A stretch of DNA of 64,000 nt, from the NCBI RefSeq assembly GCF_009914755.1, contig NC_060939.1. The stretch is one strand, 5' to 3'. Both the position numbers and the translations under genes were made by a program. The DNA is from the human T2T-CHM13v2.0 reference genome, Homo sapiens. Position 1 is the first letter of the stretch; every line of letters starts with the position of its first letter. Positions 32,989 to 57,672 of this stretch are shown here, piece by piece. Below the pieces are notes generated by a model that was given only the letters and a program-made list of their open reading frames with translations, ran no database searches and was not told where the DNA came from.

Positions 32989-35032
32989 TTTTCTTTTTTT
33001 ATTTTTCCAGCAACTGGTATTTATTATCAAAGTTATGTTTGATGTCAGCAAGTTGCCACAACTACAAAAAAATTTGCATATTACAATCTCAATGCAAACG
33101 TTCAAATAGAACCCCAGTCCTTAAAAAGTAAAAAAGTAATTCAGATTTCATCAAAAAGCAACAGAATTTTTAAAACATCTTTATATATCCAGCCAACAAG
33201 TTAAAATAGTTAACAAGAAAAAAATACAAAATATTGATGTTTAAAAAAGGCATATTTCTATCGATTTGCCCATCAATCTCTTGGCCACTCGGCTTCGTGC
33301 CAGTCATCATCTGACAGGCTCTCAGCCACCTCTGGCAACTCAAGCTTAACCAAACCACATCCCTTGGACTTCACATTCTTCATCTTGATGTTGGGTTATA
33401 GCACATGGCCGTATTTGTCAATTTGATCATGTAAAATCAAATGGGAGATTTCTCACAAATACCTGGTAGGCTTTCCTGGCCACCGCCAGGAGCATGGCCT
33501 CCAGCCTCACCAAAGGACCCTGCCAAACTTCCTCCAGAGTTTAAGTGGGCGCAGTCAAAGCTGACATGGCCACCACCATCCATGGCTAGGCCCATACACC
33601 CAGTCTCAGCACCCAGTGTCTGGCCCATGACGGGACCCATGCACTCAAGGCTGTTAATGCCCATCCTCTCCAGACTGTTGGCACCCGTCCACCCCAGTTC
33701 CATCCGGATGTTCCAGGTTGTTGGCACCTATGTGCTCCAGGCCAGTGGCCATGTGATCCATCATGGGGCTCATGTGCTCCAGGCCAGCCCCCATACCTGC
33801 AGGAACCATGCACTCCACACCAGAGCCCATGTGCTCAATGGTTTGGTCCACATGGTCAATGGGAGCAGCTGTGCACTTGAGGCTGAAGCCCATGCCGGCA
33901 CCCATGTGCTCCAGGCCGGAGCCACTGCGCTCCGTGACCTTGCCTGTGTGCTGGATGCTAGAGGCCATTTGGTCAAGGCCCAGCAGGCCCATGCGCTCCC
34001 TGTGGGAGCCTTTGTGCTCCACAAAGCCCATGCGGTCCATGACCAGACCCATGTGCTGCATCTTGGAACCCACACGATCCACACCATGGCCCAGGCCTGG
34101 ACTCATGCATTCCATGCTGGCACCCCCAGTGTAGTCAGCGCTTGGGCCTCATCCTCTCGATTTTGGGGATGCTGCCTCCACCTTCACTTCCTCTCTGCTT
34201 TGTAGTGATCTTCCCTATCCTAAGTGTATTACTAAGATTTCCTTTATTCTGCCCATGTTCATCCCAGAGCCAAATTGACCCACATTTTCCATACCGCCAC
34301 CATGGGGGTCCCTCCTCCATTTCTCCCATTTTATTCTAAATCCATGCCCTCCATTCTAATTTCTGCAGGCCCTGTTTCCCATTCCAGTGCCTTTATTCAG
34401 GTGATTGGCATCGATAGTCTGCCCTCCTGGTCCTAACCCTGTTCCAATACCACCAAGGCCATAGGGAAGCTGCGGACGCTTAGGAGGGAAAAAAAAATCC
34501 TTTGGTAAGGCGGTCTCATCCGTCTTTACCTGCGTTGGTCTATCACACAGCAGTTGGCCATTGAATGTAGATATAGCTTGCACAGCTTCAGTGGACTGTT
34601 CAAAAGTAACAGTGCCCAATCCATGATTTTTTTCATCTTTATCCTCAAGAATGTGCTCAGAACACCACATCAGCCATACTAAAATATTTCCTTGAGTTTC
34701 TTCCAGCCAACTTTGTAATCCTGATTTGCTACAAATATTGTGCTTCCAAGTCTTTCTGTCTGTAATACATGGATAATTTCATTTGGGATGTTAGGATTAT
34801 TTAAGATACTAGGTGGGATAGTAATCATTTCTGGGCCACTTGGTCTCATATCTGTTCCACCAGTGGTAGCCATCACGTTTTGCATTGCTCTCCTGGCATG
34901 TTCACTATCAGGATCTTTCACTTTCAGTGGTCTTCCACTCAGACTATGCTTGTCTAGCACCTGAATAGCTTTTTTTATGTTTTCTTCCATCTTGAATTCA
35001 ATAACAGCACATCCCCTGACTTTCCTTCAGTG
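32989..35032 (-). pseudogene. HNRNPMP1: Processed pseudogene of HNRNPM (5'-truncated within RRM1; RRM2, Met/Gly/Arg repeat region, RRM3, 3' UTR, poly(A) remnant)
   Basis: Minus-strand fragments match hnRNP M: KHSLSGRPLKVK, ITIPPSILNNPNIPNEIIH, GTVTFEQSTEAVQAIS, LGGIGTGLGPGGQTIDANHLNKG, LEHMG/ERMG repeats, GSFGEAGGHAPG, EIDGQIDRN. No introns, several frameshifts, AATAAA (minus) at 33020-33025, degenerate T-run 32989-33006. The P1 symbol is recalled. Confidence 0.95.
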
Positions 35033-35033
35033 C

Positions 35034-37088
<2,055 letters not shown>

Positions 37089-37899
37089 TAAAGTTCTAAA
37101 ATGATGTGTATTTTATAATCAGAGAAAAGGGTCAATATGTCCACCAAAAATAAGAATTTTTCCAACTCTTAAGGGATCAAGAGTGAATTTTGTTTTATGT
37201 AAATAATTACATATATCTCTCACTGGATTGTTGTAAGCCTGGCACATGATTAATATGTTTTCACTGCAGTTTTTCCCCCTGAGTTTGGGTCATACTTTAC
37301 TGTTTCTATCATGTCTTATAATTTTTTGTTGAAAACTGGCCATTTTAGATAATATTGTAGCCACTCTGATTCTTGATTTTTCTCCCGTCAAAAGTTGTTG
37401 GTTGTTTAGCAGTAACTTCCATGGGCAGAAAAAAATCTATGAAATTTATCTCCCTGCAGTATGCAAACACTGATGTCTCTGCTTAATTATTATTTTTTCT
37501 TTTTAAATATTTTTGCTTTTACTTTTAAGCTTGGCTTACTAAAGCATACCTCCCTATATATTTGCATAGCCTAGTGGTCAACTAATGATCGGACCAATCA
37601 TGAGCCCAAACACCTTGAACACAGATCTCAGCTGTAAAATTTTTAAACTAGTAAATTCACTTCTAAGAAACTGTCTTAAGGAAAGAATCAGAAATGTAGA
37701 CTGAAATTTATGTGGTTATTTCATTTGAGGTGATGTTAGTAATCATGAAACAGTTTATTTTCCAACAAATCAGTGATCAAATAAATTATGAGACATTTAT
37801 ATTGAAATATTGAAATATTACATGACCATTACAAATTATATTCTGTAAAATTTTGACAAAAAGATACTCCTATAACATTAGAGGGCGTTTCATTTCTCC

Positions 37900-39085
37900 A
37901 AGGCAAAATCTGTTTTGCTTTTTTTCTCTATAGATTATTTGTGTCCCCGATAAAAATTCTTTTTAATGATGTTATTAAATATGTATTATTTTGTGTCTGC
38001 CATTGTTTAGCATGTCTATGAGATTATTTCATGTTTGTTTATGATAGAAGTTCCTTTGTGATGCTGATTAGTATTCACTTACATGAAAACACCACAGTAT
38101 TCATCTTTCTGTTTTGGGGCATTTTTGTTGTTTCCAGTTTGGGACTAGAAACAGCCTTATTGTGAATAAGGCTGTCAGGAATATTTTTGTAAAAATATAT
38201 TGTGAACGTGTTTACATTTCTCTTGGATAAAAATGTAGAAGTGAAATCAGTGAGTCAAAGAGTTTGGTGTATATTTATTAGAAATTGCCCAATTTTATCA
38301 AAAAACATACATCCTTAACAGCAGCATATAGTAACATGAGAATAAAGAGACTTCTCTTTATTCTCCATCATTGTTACTATTTAAATTTGTCATTCTTTTT
38401 AATTTTTGCCATTTTAGGAGGTGTGAATTGGCATACCTTTGGGGTTTTAACTTAAAATTCTTATGAATAATATTGAGTATCATTTTTTATGCTATCACCA
38501 GTTATCTAATTTTTATGAAATATTTTCTCATATTTTTGCCTGTTTTTTCTATTGGCTTGTTTTCTTATTGTGTTGTAGGACTTTATATATTCTACATACA
38601 AGGTCTTTGTGATATGTGCGTTTTGTGAATATTCGACCAGTTTGCTCCTTGCCTTCTTATTTTTCCAATAATGTCTTTTGGTAGACGGCAAGTTTTTAAT
38701 TTTTATGAAGTCAGTTTATCCAGTTTTTTCTTTATGATTATTCTTTAAACAAGACTATGTCATTTGCAAAGAGATAAGTTTCACCTTTTTTTCTTTTTAA
38801 TATGGATTTCTTTTATTTTTCTAGCCTAATTGCCTGCTTAGAACTTCCAGTAAAATGTTGAATAGAAGTGGTGAGAGGGGCCGTCCTTGTCTTGTTCCTG
38901 ATGTTAGAGGGACAGCATTCAGCCTTTTATCATGTATGATAGGTCATGTGGGTTTTTCATAAATACCTTTTTATTATGTTGAGGAAGTTCCTGTTTGTTC
39001 TTCATTTATTGATTATTTTTAATATGAAAGGGTGTTGGATTTGATCAAATGCTTTTTCTGCATTAATTGAGATGATCATGTGGAT
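37900..39085 (-). mobile_element. Ancient L1M 3'/ORF2 fragments
   Basis: Diverged antisense ORF2 motif aatgttgaatagaagtggtgagagggg...ccttgtcttgttcctga at ~38855-38900. Confidence 0.75.
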
Positions 39086-43272
<4,187 letters not shown>

Positions 43273-43309
43273 TTTGGTTGGGGGGGGTGGTGCGGGGTGG
43301 GAGAGGGTA

Positions 43310-43595
<286 letters not shown>

Positions 43596-44670
43596 TAGTT
43601 TCTATTTTTTAAAAAGTTTCTTTTTTTTCTATGATTGTTTTGTTGAGTTACTAAAAACAATTTCTGAGACTCTAATCTTTGCCAGGAATTTCTGTACATT
43701 TAGAGTTTAAAGTGCTTAATTGGAGTTAGTTTGTTCTGTGAGTGTATCCACTATGGTGAATAGCTTTATTGTCCTTTGCACATTATAGCCTTTACTAGTC
43801 CTTTTTTCATTTTGAGCCTCAGAATGGTAAGGTAAATATGTTTTTTTATACATGTGATAAAACATAACTAAGTGACTACAGATTAGCCATGATTGGAGTA
43901 GGATTAAAATTCACATCTCTTAATTCTTCGTTTAGTATTCTTTGTATTGTGTTTCACAGATTCTAATTCAGTTATGTCTTTAATTCTAAGTGTTGGGACA
44001 GTTTTGCCAGCAATTAATTGTCTTACCTATAAAATGAGAGAGCTCAAATAAATAGCCTCATATTTTCTTTCTGATGTGAATCGTTTTAAAAGTATCATTA
44101 AATGTGGTAAGATAGGACTTTCTCAAAATGATCCACATTCTGTTGTTACACTTATATGGTTGTTGATTATTAGAATTGTGCTCATGGAATTCATTCATTC
44201 ATTGGCTGACATTACTTTTCCACTACCCAGTGAGTTACAGAAAAGCAAAACCTTTCCTTATCTTGTTTACTATTTACTCAATTCTTACTTGGCCCAGTGC
44301 CTTGAATGTGGCTATGTATGCAATAAATATTTGTCGAACGAACGATTAAACGAATAGTAGTGTTGGCAGGCAGTATAGTATTATGTAAAGAGCATGCACA
44401 CTCCTTGGTGTTACCCTTACTTTAGATCATAGGATATATTATAATATTTCAGAGGTTGTTGGGAAGGTTACTTGGGATAATATAAATAATGTATAAAGCA
44501 TAATGCCTTTTACTTAAAATGTTGGTTTCTTACTGCAGTCTCCTAGAGTCTAGGACTTTTGTTTTTTTAGCCAAGATATTTTTATTATATAAGCTGGGCA
44601 CATTTGGGTAGAGAAGGTTGAATTTAATAACTTTTAATTTTTTATTACATTTATTATTTTTCTCTTTTAG

Positions 44671-44880
44671 TTTTACATGTGGCACCCATAAAAGATGAGG
44701 CTGAGAACACGGAAAGCTTCTCAGCAGTCAAATCAAATCCAAACACAACGCACTGCCAGAGCAAAGAGGAAATATTCAGAGGTTGATGATAGCCTGCCTT
44801 CAGGAGGAGAAAAACCATCGAAGAATGAAACCGGCTTGTTGTCTTCAATTAAAAAATTTATTAAAGGAAGCACACCTAAG
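44671..44880 (+). other. CTDSPL2: CTDSPL2 exon 2 (210 nt: 24 nt UTR + 186 nt CDS)
   Basis: Polypyrimidine tract and acceptor tttttctcttttag|, donor AAG|gtaatg. Confidence 0.93.
44695..44880 (+). CDS. CTDSPL2: CTD small phosphatase-like protein 2 (SCP4), first coding exon, residues 1-62; remaining exons lie beyond the window
   Basis: [62 protein letters not shown] is the recognised CTDSPL2 N-terminus; in-frame upstream stop; phase-0 donor. Confidence 0.95.
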
Positions 44881-44925
44881 GTAATGATTTTACCATATAC
44901 TTTCATATCATTAAAAGTGAAAATT

Positions 44926-45214
44926 GGCCGGGCACGGTGGCTCACGCCTGTAATCCCAGCACTTTGAGAGCCCCAGGCAGGTGGATCACGAGGTCAGGAG
45001 ATCGAGACCATCCTGGCTAACACGGTGAAACCCCGTCTCTACTAAAAATACAAAAAATTAGCCGGGCGAGGTGGCGGGCGCCTGTAGTCCCAGCTACTCG
45101 GGAGGCTGAGGCAGGAGAATGGCTTGAACCCTAGGGGGCGGAGCCTGTAGTGAGCCGAGATCGCACCACTGCACTCCAACCTGGGCGACAGCGGGACTCC
45201 GTCTCAAAAAAAAA
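44926..45214 (+). mobile_element. AluY (Yh3-like diagnostics) 45 nt downstream of the exon 2 donor
   Basis: TT|AAAA target, TSD aaaagtgaaaatt / aatagtgacaatt; variants GGCGAGGTGG, CCCTAGGGGGCGGAGCCTG, GACAGCGGGAC. Confidence 0.92.
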
Positions 45215-45764
45215 TAGTGACAATTATGATATTTTCTCTAAGCATGTGTAGATGAGAAATCTGATAGCGCACCAAAAACTACGTTTTGGTGTTAATTTTA
45301 CTTCTAAGAGTTTTACATGCAGAATATTTAATGGCAGTTTAAGAAGAACATTATTCCACTGAACTAATCCACGTAGCCTTCTGCTTTTTCAACATAGTAT
45401 TATGGGAAGCAAAATAAATTTTTCCTTGTTCTTTTACTTGAGTTGTTTCTTTTACTTTCATTTTCTTTCAAAGAAAAAGTTTCTTGTTAATATTCACTGT
45501 CTAGGGAGGTGATGTCTCTCATCTATTCAAGTTCTAACATTTGTATGATGAAGATGTATTGCTTCGTTAAAGAGAAAAGAACATAAAGAAAGAATGGACA
45601 CGGACCAGGAGTCTTGTACTCCAGATTCATATTCTGGACCAACTTGAGTGACCTAAGGAGAGAGTCATTTACCCCCCAAGCCTCAGGAAGATAGTAAATG
45701 GCACTGATACCAACTGCTTCGTCTATCTCAGAGTTGTTTTCAGATTAGATGGTACAACAGGTAG

Positions 45765-45953
<189 letters not shown>

Positions 45954-46888
45954 TAATTTTTGTATTTTTAGTAGAGACGGGTTTTCACTATGTTGGCCTG
46001 GATGGTCTTGATCTCCTGACCTTGTGATTCGTCCGCCTCGGCCTCCCAAAGTGCTGGGATTATAGGCATGAGCCACCGCGCCCGGCCTCAGTTTGATCAC
46101 CTTTAATGCACTCTATCAATGTATAGTATTATTGATTGTGTGTAGTTTTTTTATGACTTTACTATTTTTGTGTTCTTAGAATAATTATTTATATGGTAAA
46201 TTTTTCATTATAATGGAAGTGTATTACTTTCTTAAGCAGAAAAATAAATTACTGGCTGACTTGTTCATAGGGATAGATTTTGTTGTAATAGAATTAACAA
46301 AGCCTAATTACTGTAAGTCACTGGGCAAGATTTGGAAGTATTCTTGGTTTGCATAGGGTTTTAATTTTTGTTTTGGTGGTTTTATTTTTTGTTTTTGTTT
46401 GTTTCTAATACTATAATTTCTTTGTTAATTTTCAGTAATTAGAAATTTTAAAAAGTTTCTGAATTTATGTAAACTGAGAAAATATTCTAATGTTATCATA
46501 TAACAAAGATGAAATATCTTCCAGAAACCTGAATTTCCATCTCTATAAATTCCTAATGGGTTGTCATCAGCCTCTGTTGATGGGAACCTTGCTACGTATT
46601 ATTACTTCATTCTTCTGAGCAGCTTTAGTTGTCATAAAGTGCGTCCTCATCTTTTGCTTTCTCATGTTACTTTTTTGTAGTTTTTTCCACTTGAAAACAG
46701 ATCTGTGTTTCCTTACATGTGCAAGTACAAACCTTCAGTCATTATACAGGGCAGCTATTTCTAGTTTTCCTTATATGACATATGATATTTATCATTATCT
46801 TGGTCACCTTTATCTGTTATTCATGAAAGATAAAAACCAGAAGTGAAGATAGGTTTTTGTTATGTCTTCAGAATTCTATTCATATTTA

Positions 46889-47622
46889 TAGTTGACCCTT
46901 GAACAATGTGGAGTTTAGGGATGCTGACTCTCCCATGTGGTTGAAAATCCACATACAACTTTTGACTCTCCAAAAACTTAACACTAATAACCTCCTGTTG
47001 ACCAGAGCTTTACCAATAACATAAACAATCATTCAACACATATTTTGTATGTTATGTGTATTCTATACTGTATTCTAATTTTTTTTTAGACAGGATCTTA
47101 CTCTATTGCCCAGGCTGGAGTGCAGTGATACTATCATAGCTCACTGCAGCCTTGAACTCCTGAGCTGAGTTGATCCTCCCATCTCAGCTTCCTGAATAGC
47201 TAGGACTACAGGCATGTACCACCATGCCCAGCTATTTTTAAAGTTTCTCTCCCTTTTTTTTTTTTTTTTTTTTTTTTAAAGAGATGAGGTCTCATTTATA
47301 TCGCCCAGGCTGGTCTTGAACTCCTGACCACAAGCAGTCATCCCACCTTGGCCTGTCAAAGTGTTGGTATTACACACCTGGCTTTATATTGTATTCTTAC
47401 AATAAAGTAAGCTAGAAAAAAAGAAAATGTTATTAAGAAAATCATAAGGAAGAGAAAATATGTTTACTATTTAAATGGAAGTAGAGCATCATAAAGGTCT
47501 TATCCTCATTATCTTCTAGGCTGAGGAAGAGGAGGGGTTGGTCTTTCTGTCACAGAGGTAGCAGAAAATTTGTGTATTAATGGACCAATACAGTTCAAAC
47601 CCAGGTTGTTCAAGGATCAGCG
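46889..47622. mobile_element. Tigger2a (MER28)-like element interrupted by AluJ (47078-47382)
   Basis: TIRs agttgacccttgaacaa ... ttgttcaaggatcagc; Alu TSD tatactgtattct / tatattgtattct. Confidence 0.85.
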
Positions 47623-48012
47623 TACTTCTTTTGACAGTGAATTGTTTCTTTCATTCCCATTGCCCAGGCTAGAGTGCAGTTGTGCAGTCACAGCTCACTG
47701 CAGCCTTGACTTCCCAGCTCAGGTGATGCTCCCACTTCAGCGTCCCAAGTAGCTGGGACTACAGGCTTTTGCCACTATGTCTGGCTAATTACTTGAATTT
47801 TTTAATAGAGGCAAGGCTTCACCGTGTTGCTCAGGCTGGTCACAAACTCCTGGTCTCAAGCTGTTTGCCTGCCTGGACCTCTCAAAGTGTGAGCCACTGA
47901 GCCTGGCTGAATTGTTTCTGTTAATGTGGTTTTGTGTTAAATTATACTTTTTGTCCTTCTTTAGTAGCTTAATCTCTGTTGGTCAGCAAATTTTGGCTCA
48001 TGTCAACTGGAA

Positions 48013-48362
48013 CAGCAGTCCCCAACCGTTTTGGCACTAGCAGCTGATTTCAGGGAAGACAATTTTTCCAGGGACCAGGTCAGCCAGGGTGGGGTTTAGT
48101 TAATGGTTTGGGGATGAAATTGATCCACCTCAGATCATCAGGCATCAGATTCTCATAAGGAGCACACAGTGTAGATCCCTTTATATGCACAATTCACACT
48201 AGAGTTCGTGCTCCTATGAGAATTTGCTACTATTGATCTGACAGGAGATAGGGCTTAGGCAGTAATGCTTGCTGGCTCACCGCTCACCTCCTTCTCTGTG
48301 GCCTCATTCCTAACAGGCCATGGACTGGTACCGTTCCATGGCCCAGAGGCTGGGGACTCTTG
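48013..48362. mobile_element. MER1B (hAT-Charlie) element
   Basis: Termini cagcagtccccaacc ... ggctggggactcttg; 8-bp TSD aactggaa / aactagaa; internal cacctcagatcatcaggcat motif. Confidence 0.88.
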
Positions 48363-48379
48363 AACTAGAACACTCAGGA

Positions 48380-51993
<3,614 letters not shown>

Positions 51994-52170
51994 CTTATTA
52001 AGTTTCTTTAACTACTTGATTAATTGAAGTAATTTGCCACTTACTATGGAATGAAAAAAAATCAGCTCAGACTAACTGGTGGAATTTATGGAGGAAACGA
52101 CAGTTTAAGATTCATTCATATTCATTCATTCTCTTCCCACCACCACACACACAAGCATGTATTTATATTT

Positions 52171-52815
<645 letters not shown>

Positions 52816-53112
52816 TATTGCCTTGCTCTGTCTGCTGAACTGTGTGCACATAGCACCCAGATCTTGGTTTCTAAATACTGTTCTCCACTAAAGGAACTAG
52901 GGTTCTGTCTTGTTTTATGCATATATAATTATGTCATATGCCAAATAATGAGAGTTTTGCTTACCCTTTGTCATCACTGGGACTTATTTTTTTCTTCACT
53001 TATTACATTGGTTAGGATCTGTATTACCATGTTCAGTAGCAGTGGTGAGAACAACACCCTTGCCTTGTCCTTAGGGGAAGAGAATTTGTTTTACCATTAG
53101 GTATGATGTTAG

Positions 53113-53433
<321 letters not shown>

Positions 53434-54400
53434 TAGTAGAGATGGGGTTTCACCATGTTGGCCAGGCTGGTCTTGAACTCCTGACCTCAAGTGATCTACT
53501 CGCCTCGGCCTCCCGAAGTGCTGGGATTACAGGCATGAGCCACTGTGGCAGGCCCCTCTTATTCTTTTAATGTAGAGTAGTACATAAATTTTTTTTTGAA
53601 TGGAAATCGTAACTTGGAGTTGATTTGCTGGGGATTTTTTTTTAAGAATTTTTGTATCTGTATTCATGGAGGATTTCTTCTGTAGTTTTGTCTTGATTTG
53701 TAATGTTTTTAAATTTTGGGATTAAGATTAAGCTGGTGCCATAAAACAAGTTGAGGACTGTTCCTCCTCTTCTGAAAGAGCTTGTGTTCGATTGGTGTTA
53801 TTTCATTCTTAAATATTTGGCAGAATTCACTGTTGAATTCTGGAGTGGGATTTCTAAAATGTAACTGGAATTTTCTTTGTGGGGTATCTTTTACTGTAAT
53901 TTAGTTTCTCTAATATAGATGAGATTATTTAGCTTTTCTCTTTCTTGTTTTAGTCATACATGTTTTTAAGGAATTTAAGTTGATTTATTTGACATCATAT
54001 TTTGTTGGTATTTATTAATTTAATACTGTCTATAGAATTTGTAATGGTGCTCCTCTTTTCATTCCTGATCTAGATAATTTATTGATCTTTATTTTGATGA
54101 GTCTTGCTTGGGTTTATCAATTTCATTATTCGTTCAAAGGGATTTTTAATATTAACTGTTCATTCTGTTTAATTGATTTCCACTATTTTCAGTATTTTCT
54201 GTTTTCAGTTTGATTTACTTTTACTTTTGTAGCTTCTTGAAGTGAGAGCTTAAATCAGATATCAGTAAACATTTTCTATAAATATTTCAGGTAAGAAATA
54301 TTTTAGGCTTTGTGGACAATATTGTCTCTGTTGCAGCTACTATTCAACTGCCACTGTAGACGGCTACATAAATGAATGAACATGGCTTTGGACACGGGTA

Positions 54401-54922
54401 CAGTAGTTCCCCCCTATCTTTGGTTTTGTGTTCCATAGTTTTAGTTACCTGTGGTTGCCAGGGTCTGAAAATATTAAATGGGAAATTTCAGAAATAATTG
54501 GTAAGTTTTAAATTAGTCACCTTTCTGAGTAGCATGATAAAATCTTACATCATCCTGCTCCATCACAACTGGGACATTAATCATCCCTTTGCCCGAGTAT
54601 CCATATGTATATGCTGTACTCCTGTTAGTCACTTAGTAGCTTTCTTGTTTATCATATCAGCTGTGTAGATACCACTCTGTTTGTATTCAATTAATCCTTA
54701 TTTTACTTAATAATGGCCCCAGAGTACAAGACTAGTGATGCTGATAATTGTTCTATTTTATTGGTAATCTCTTACTGTGTCTAATTTATAATTCAAGGTT
54801 TATCATAGGTGTATATATATGGAGGAAAAAACAGTATATGTAGTGTTTGGCACTGTCTGTGGTTTCAGACAACCACTGGAGGGTTTTGAAAGGTGTCACG
54901 TGAGCATAAGGGGGAACTACTG
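54401..54922. mobile_element. MER44B-like (Tigger7-derived) element nested in a MER58B-like hAT element (~54260-55085)
   Basis: TIRs cagtagttcccccctat / ataagggggaactactg with TA on both sides; MER58 motifs attttaggctttgtggac and tttgaatttcatata on the flanks. Confidence 0.85.
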
Positions 54923-55558
54923 TATTTGAATTTCATATAGTTTTCATGTGCCATGAAATATTATTGTTCTTTTGATGTATTTACCTCCAACCATTTATAA
55001 GTACAAAAAATATTTTTACTTTCTTGCCCATATGAAACAATTAGTGTGCTGAATTTTGCCTATGGCTGTAGCTTGCTACTTCCTTGATTAGAACATTAAT
55101 TTTACACTATTTTTTTTTCTAATGTAGGTATTTAAAGGTATGAATTTTAAAGTATTCCTTTCTCTATATGCCATATATTTTGATACCTTATTTTTTATTA
55201 CTTCATTTTTCTTGTGATTTATTTTGACCCATGGATTATTCATTTCGATTCAAGAATATTAATATACTCTGTATAATTTGATTTCTTTGGTATTTTTTGG
55301 TACTTACTAGCACATATTCTATCTTGTTGAATGTTCTATATGTATTTGGGAATATATGTGATATTTCGGAGTTGTTCAGTGCAGTATTCTATAAATATCA
55401 ATTATATCCAAATGGTTGATAATATTCTAATTTTCTATATCTTCTTTTAAAGTGAAAGCAAGTTTATTAAAGAAGTAAAGAAACAAAAGAATGGTGGCCG
55501 GGCGCGGTGGCTCACGCCTGTAATCCCAGCACTTTGGGAGGCCGAGGTGGGTGGATCA

Positions 55559-55819
<261 letters not shown>

Positions 55820-56040
55820 CTATCTTATTTTTTCATGTACTTGTTTTATTGGTTATTAAGAGAGGGATGTTAAAATCACTTATTTTTGTGCATTTGTCTA
55901 CTTCATTATCTGTCAATATTTGCTTCATGTATGTTGAAGCTTCATGTATTTATAAGCGTATGACTTGTTCTTGTTAATATTATGATGTATCTCATTATCT
56001 CAAGTGATATTATTTATTTTGAAGTTTATTTTAATATTGA

Positions 56041-56346
<306 letters not shown>

Positions 56347-57595
56347 TGAACTCCTGACCACAGATGATACACCAACCTTGGCCTCCTAAAGTGCTGGGAT
56401 TACAGGTGTGAGCCACCACGCCTGGCCTACATTGGCATATTTTGTCTATTTATATTTAATGTAATTATTAATATGTTTGAGTTTAAAGTCTTCTATCTTA
56501 CTATGTATTCTGGATTTGTCCCATCTTTTGTTTCTCTTTTCCTTTCCTGTCATTTGAGTGAACTAGCTATTTTTTAGAATTTTATTTATCCTCCTATATC
56601 CTATATTGACTTCTCAAAAAAAAACCTTAAACACAATAAAATACACCTGTTCAAAGTGTTTGTTTTCTTGAATTCTGACAGATTTATGCACATGACCAAA
56701 AAGTATCCTTATTTTATACCCAACATCACCTGAGACAACCACTGATCTTTCTGTCATTATAGAGTTTCATAGGATTATAATCAGTTTATCTTGCTTCCTT
56801 CACACACACAACATACATTTTTTGGTTTCTTCCGCGTTACCACATGTATCTGTAGTTGATTCCTTCCCCTCCCCTCCCCGAGTAGTATTCCTGTGTGTGA
56901 GTCTACCACAATTTGTCTATTTAAGTTGTTTCTGTTTTTTGGCTATTATAAATAAAGTTGTTAGGAATATTTGGATAAATAAGATTGATATTGCTGGATC
57001 ATAAGATGTATGCTTAACTTCTTTGTAGCAGCTTTATTGAGATATAATTTATATACCAGAAAATTCACCCATTTTTTTGAAGTGTAGAAGCTTTTATTTA
57101 CTTATTATTTTTTGATATAAAAAGCTGTACTTAATGTATACAGCTCTATGAGTTTGGGGATAAATATATTCCTGTGAAACCATCACCATCATCAAGGCCA
57201 TCAACGTATCTGTCACCTCCCAGAGTTTACCCTGCCCCTTTATTATGATCTACTATCTTAGAAAACTTTAAATATGTAATATAGTATAGTTAAGTATAGG
57301 CACAGCACTATGTTGTATAGTAGTATCGTTCATTCATTCATTTAAAGTATAAATTCAGTAGCTTTTAGTACATGCACAGAATTGTGCAACCATTGCCTCA
57401 ACTTTAGAATATTTTCATCACCCTCAAAAGAAACCTCTAGCTCCTAAATTTCCCCTTCCTCTCTAGCCCTAGCAGTCACTAATCTGCTTCCTGTCTCTAT
57501 GGATTTTGCTATATTTTGGACATTTCATGTAAATGAAACCATAGTCTATTATGTCTGGCTTCTTTCACTTAGCATGTTTTCAAAGTGCATCCATG

Positions 57596-57672
57596 GTGCA
57601 TTTGTTCTCAGGATCTCCTGGGGCTGTGTCCTGGGAATTGAATAAAAATTAAAAAAAAAAAAAGAGAAAAAA
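57596..57672 (+). mobile_element. 77-bp orphan retro-insertion (about 45 nt + AATAAA + A-tail) with 15-bp TSD
   Basis: TSD caaagtgcatccatg (57581-57595) / caaagtacatccatg (57673-57687); it interrupts an otherwise continuous L1M motif. Confidence 0.85.

Noticed and set aside
33441-34205. 254-aa His/Ala-rich plus-strand ORF in the host gene's sense direction
   Set aside because: It is the antisense shadow of the repetitive HNRNPM ERMG region; there is no promoter, splice or other evidence of expression.
44881-44967. ORF-track extension VMILPYTF...WLTPVIPAL of the CTDSPL2 frame
   Set aside because: Read-through past the splice donor into the intron and Alu.
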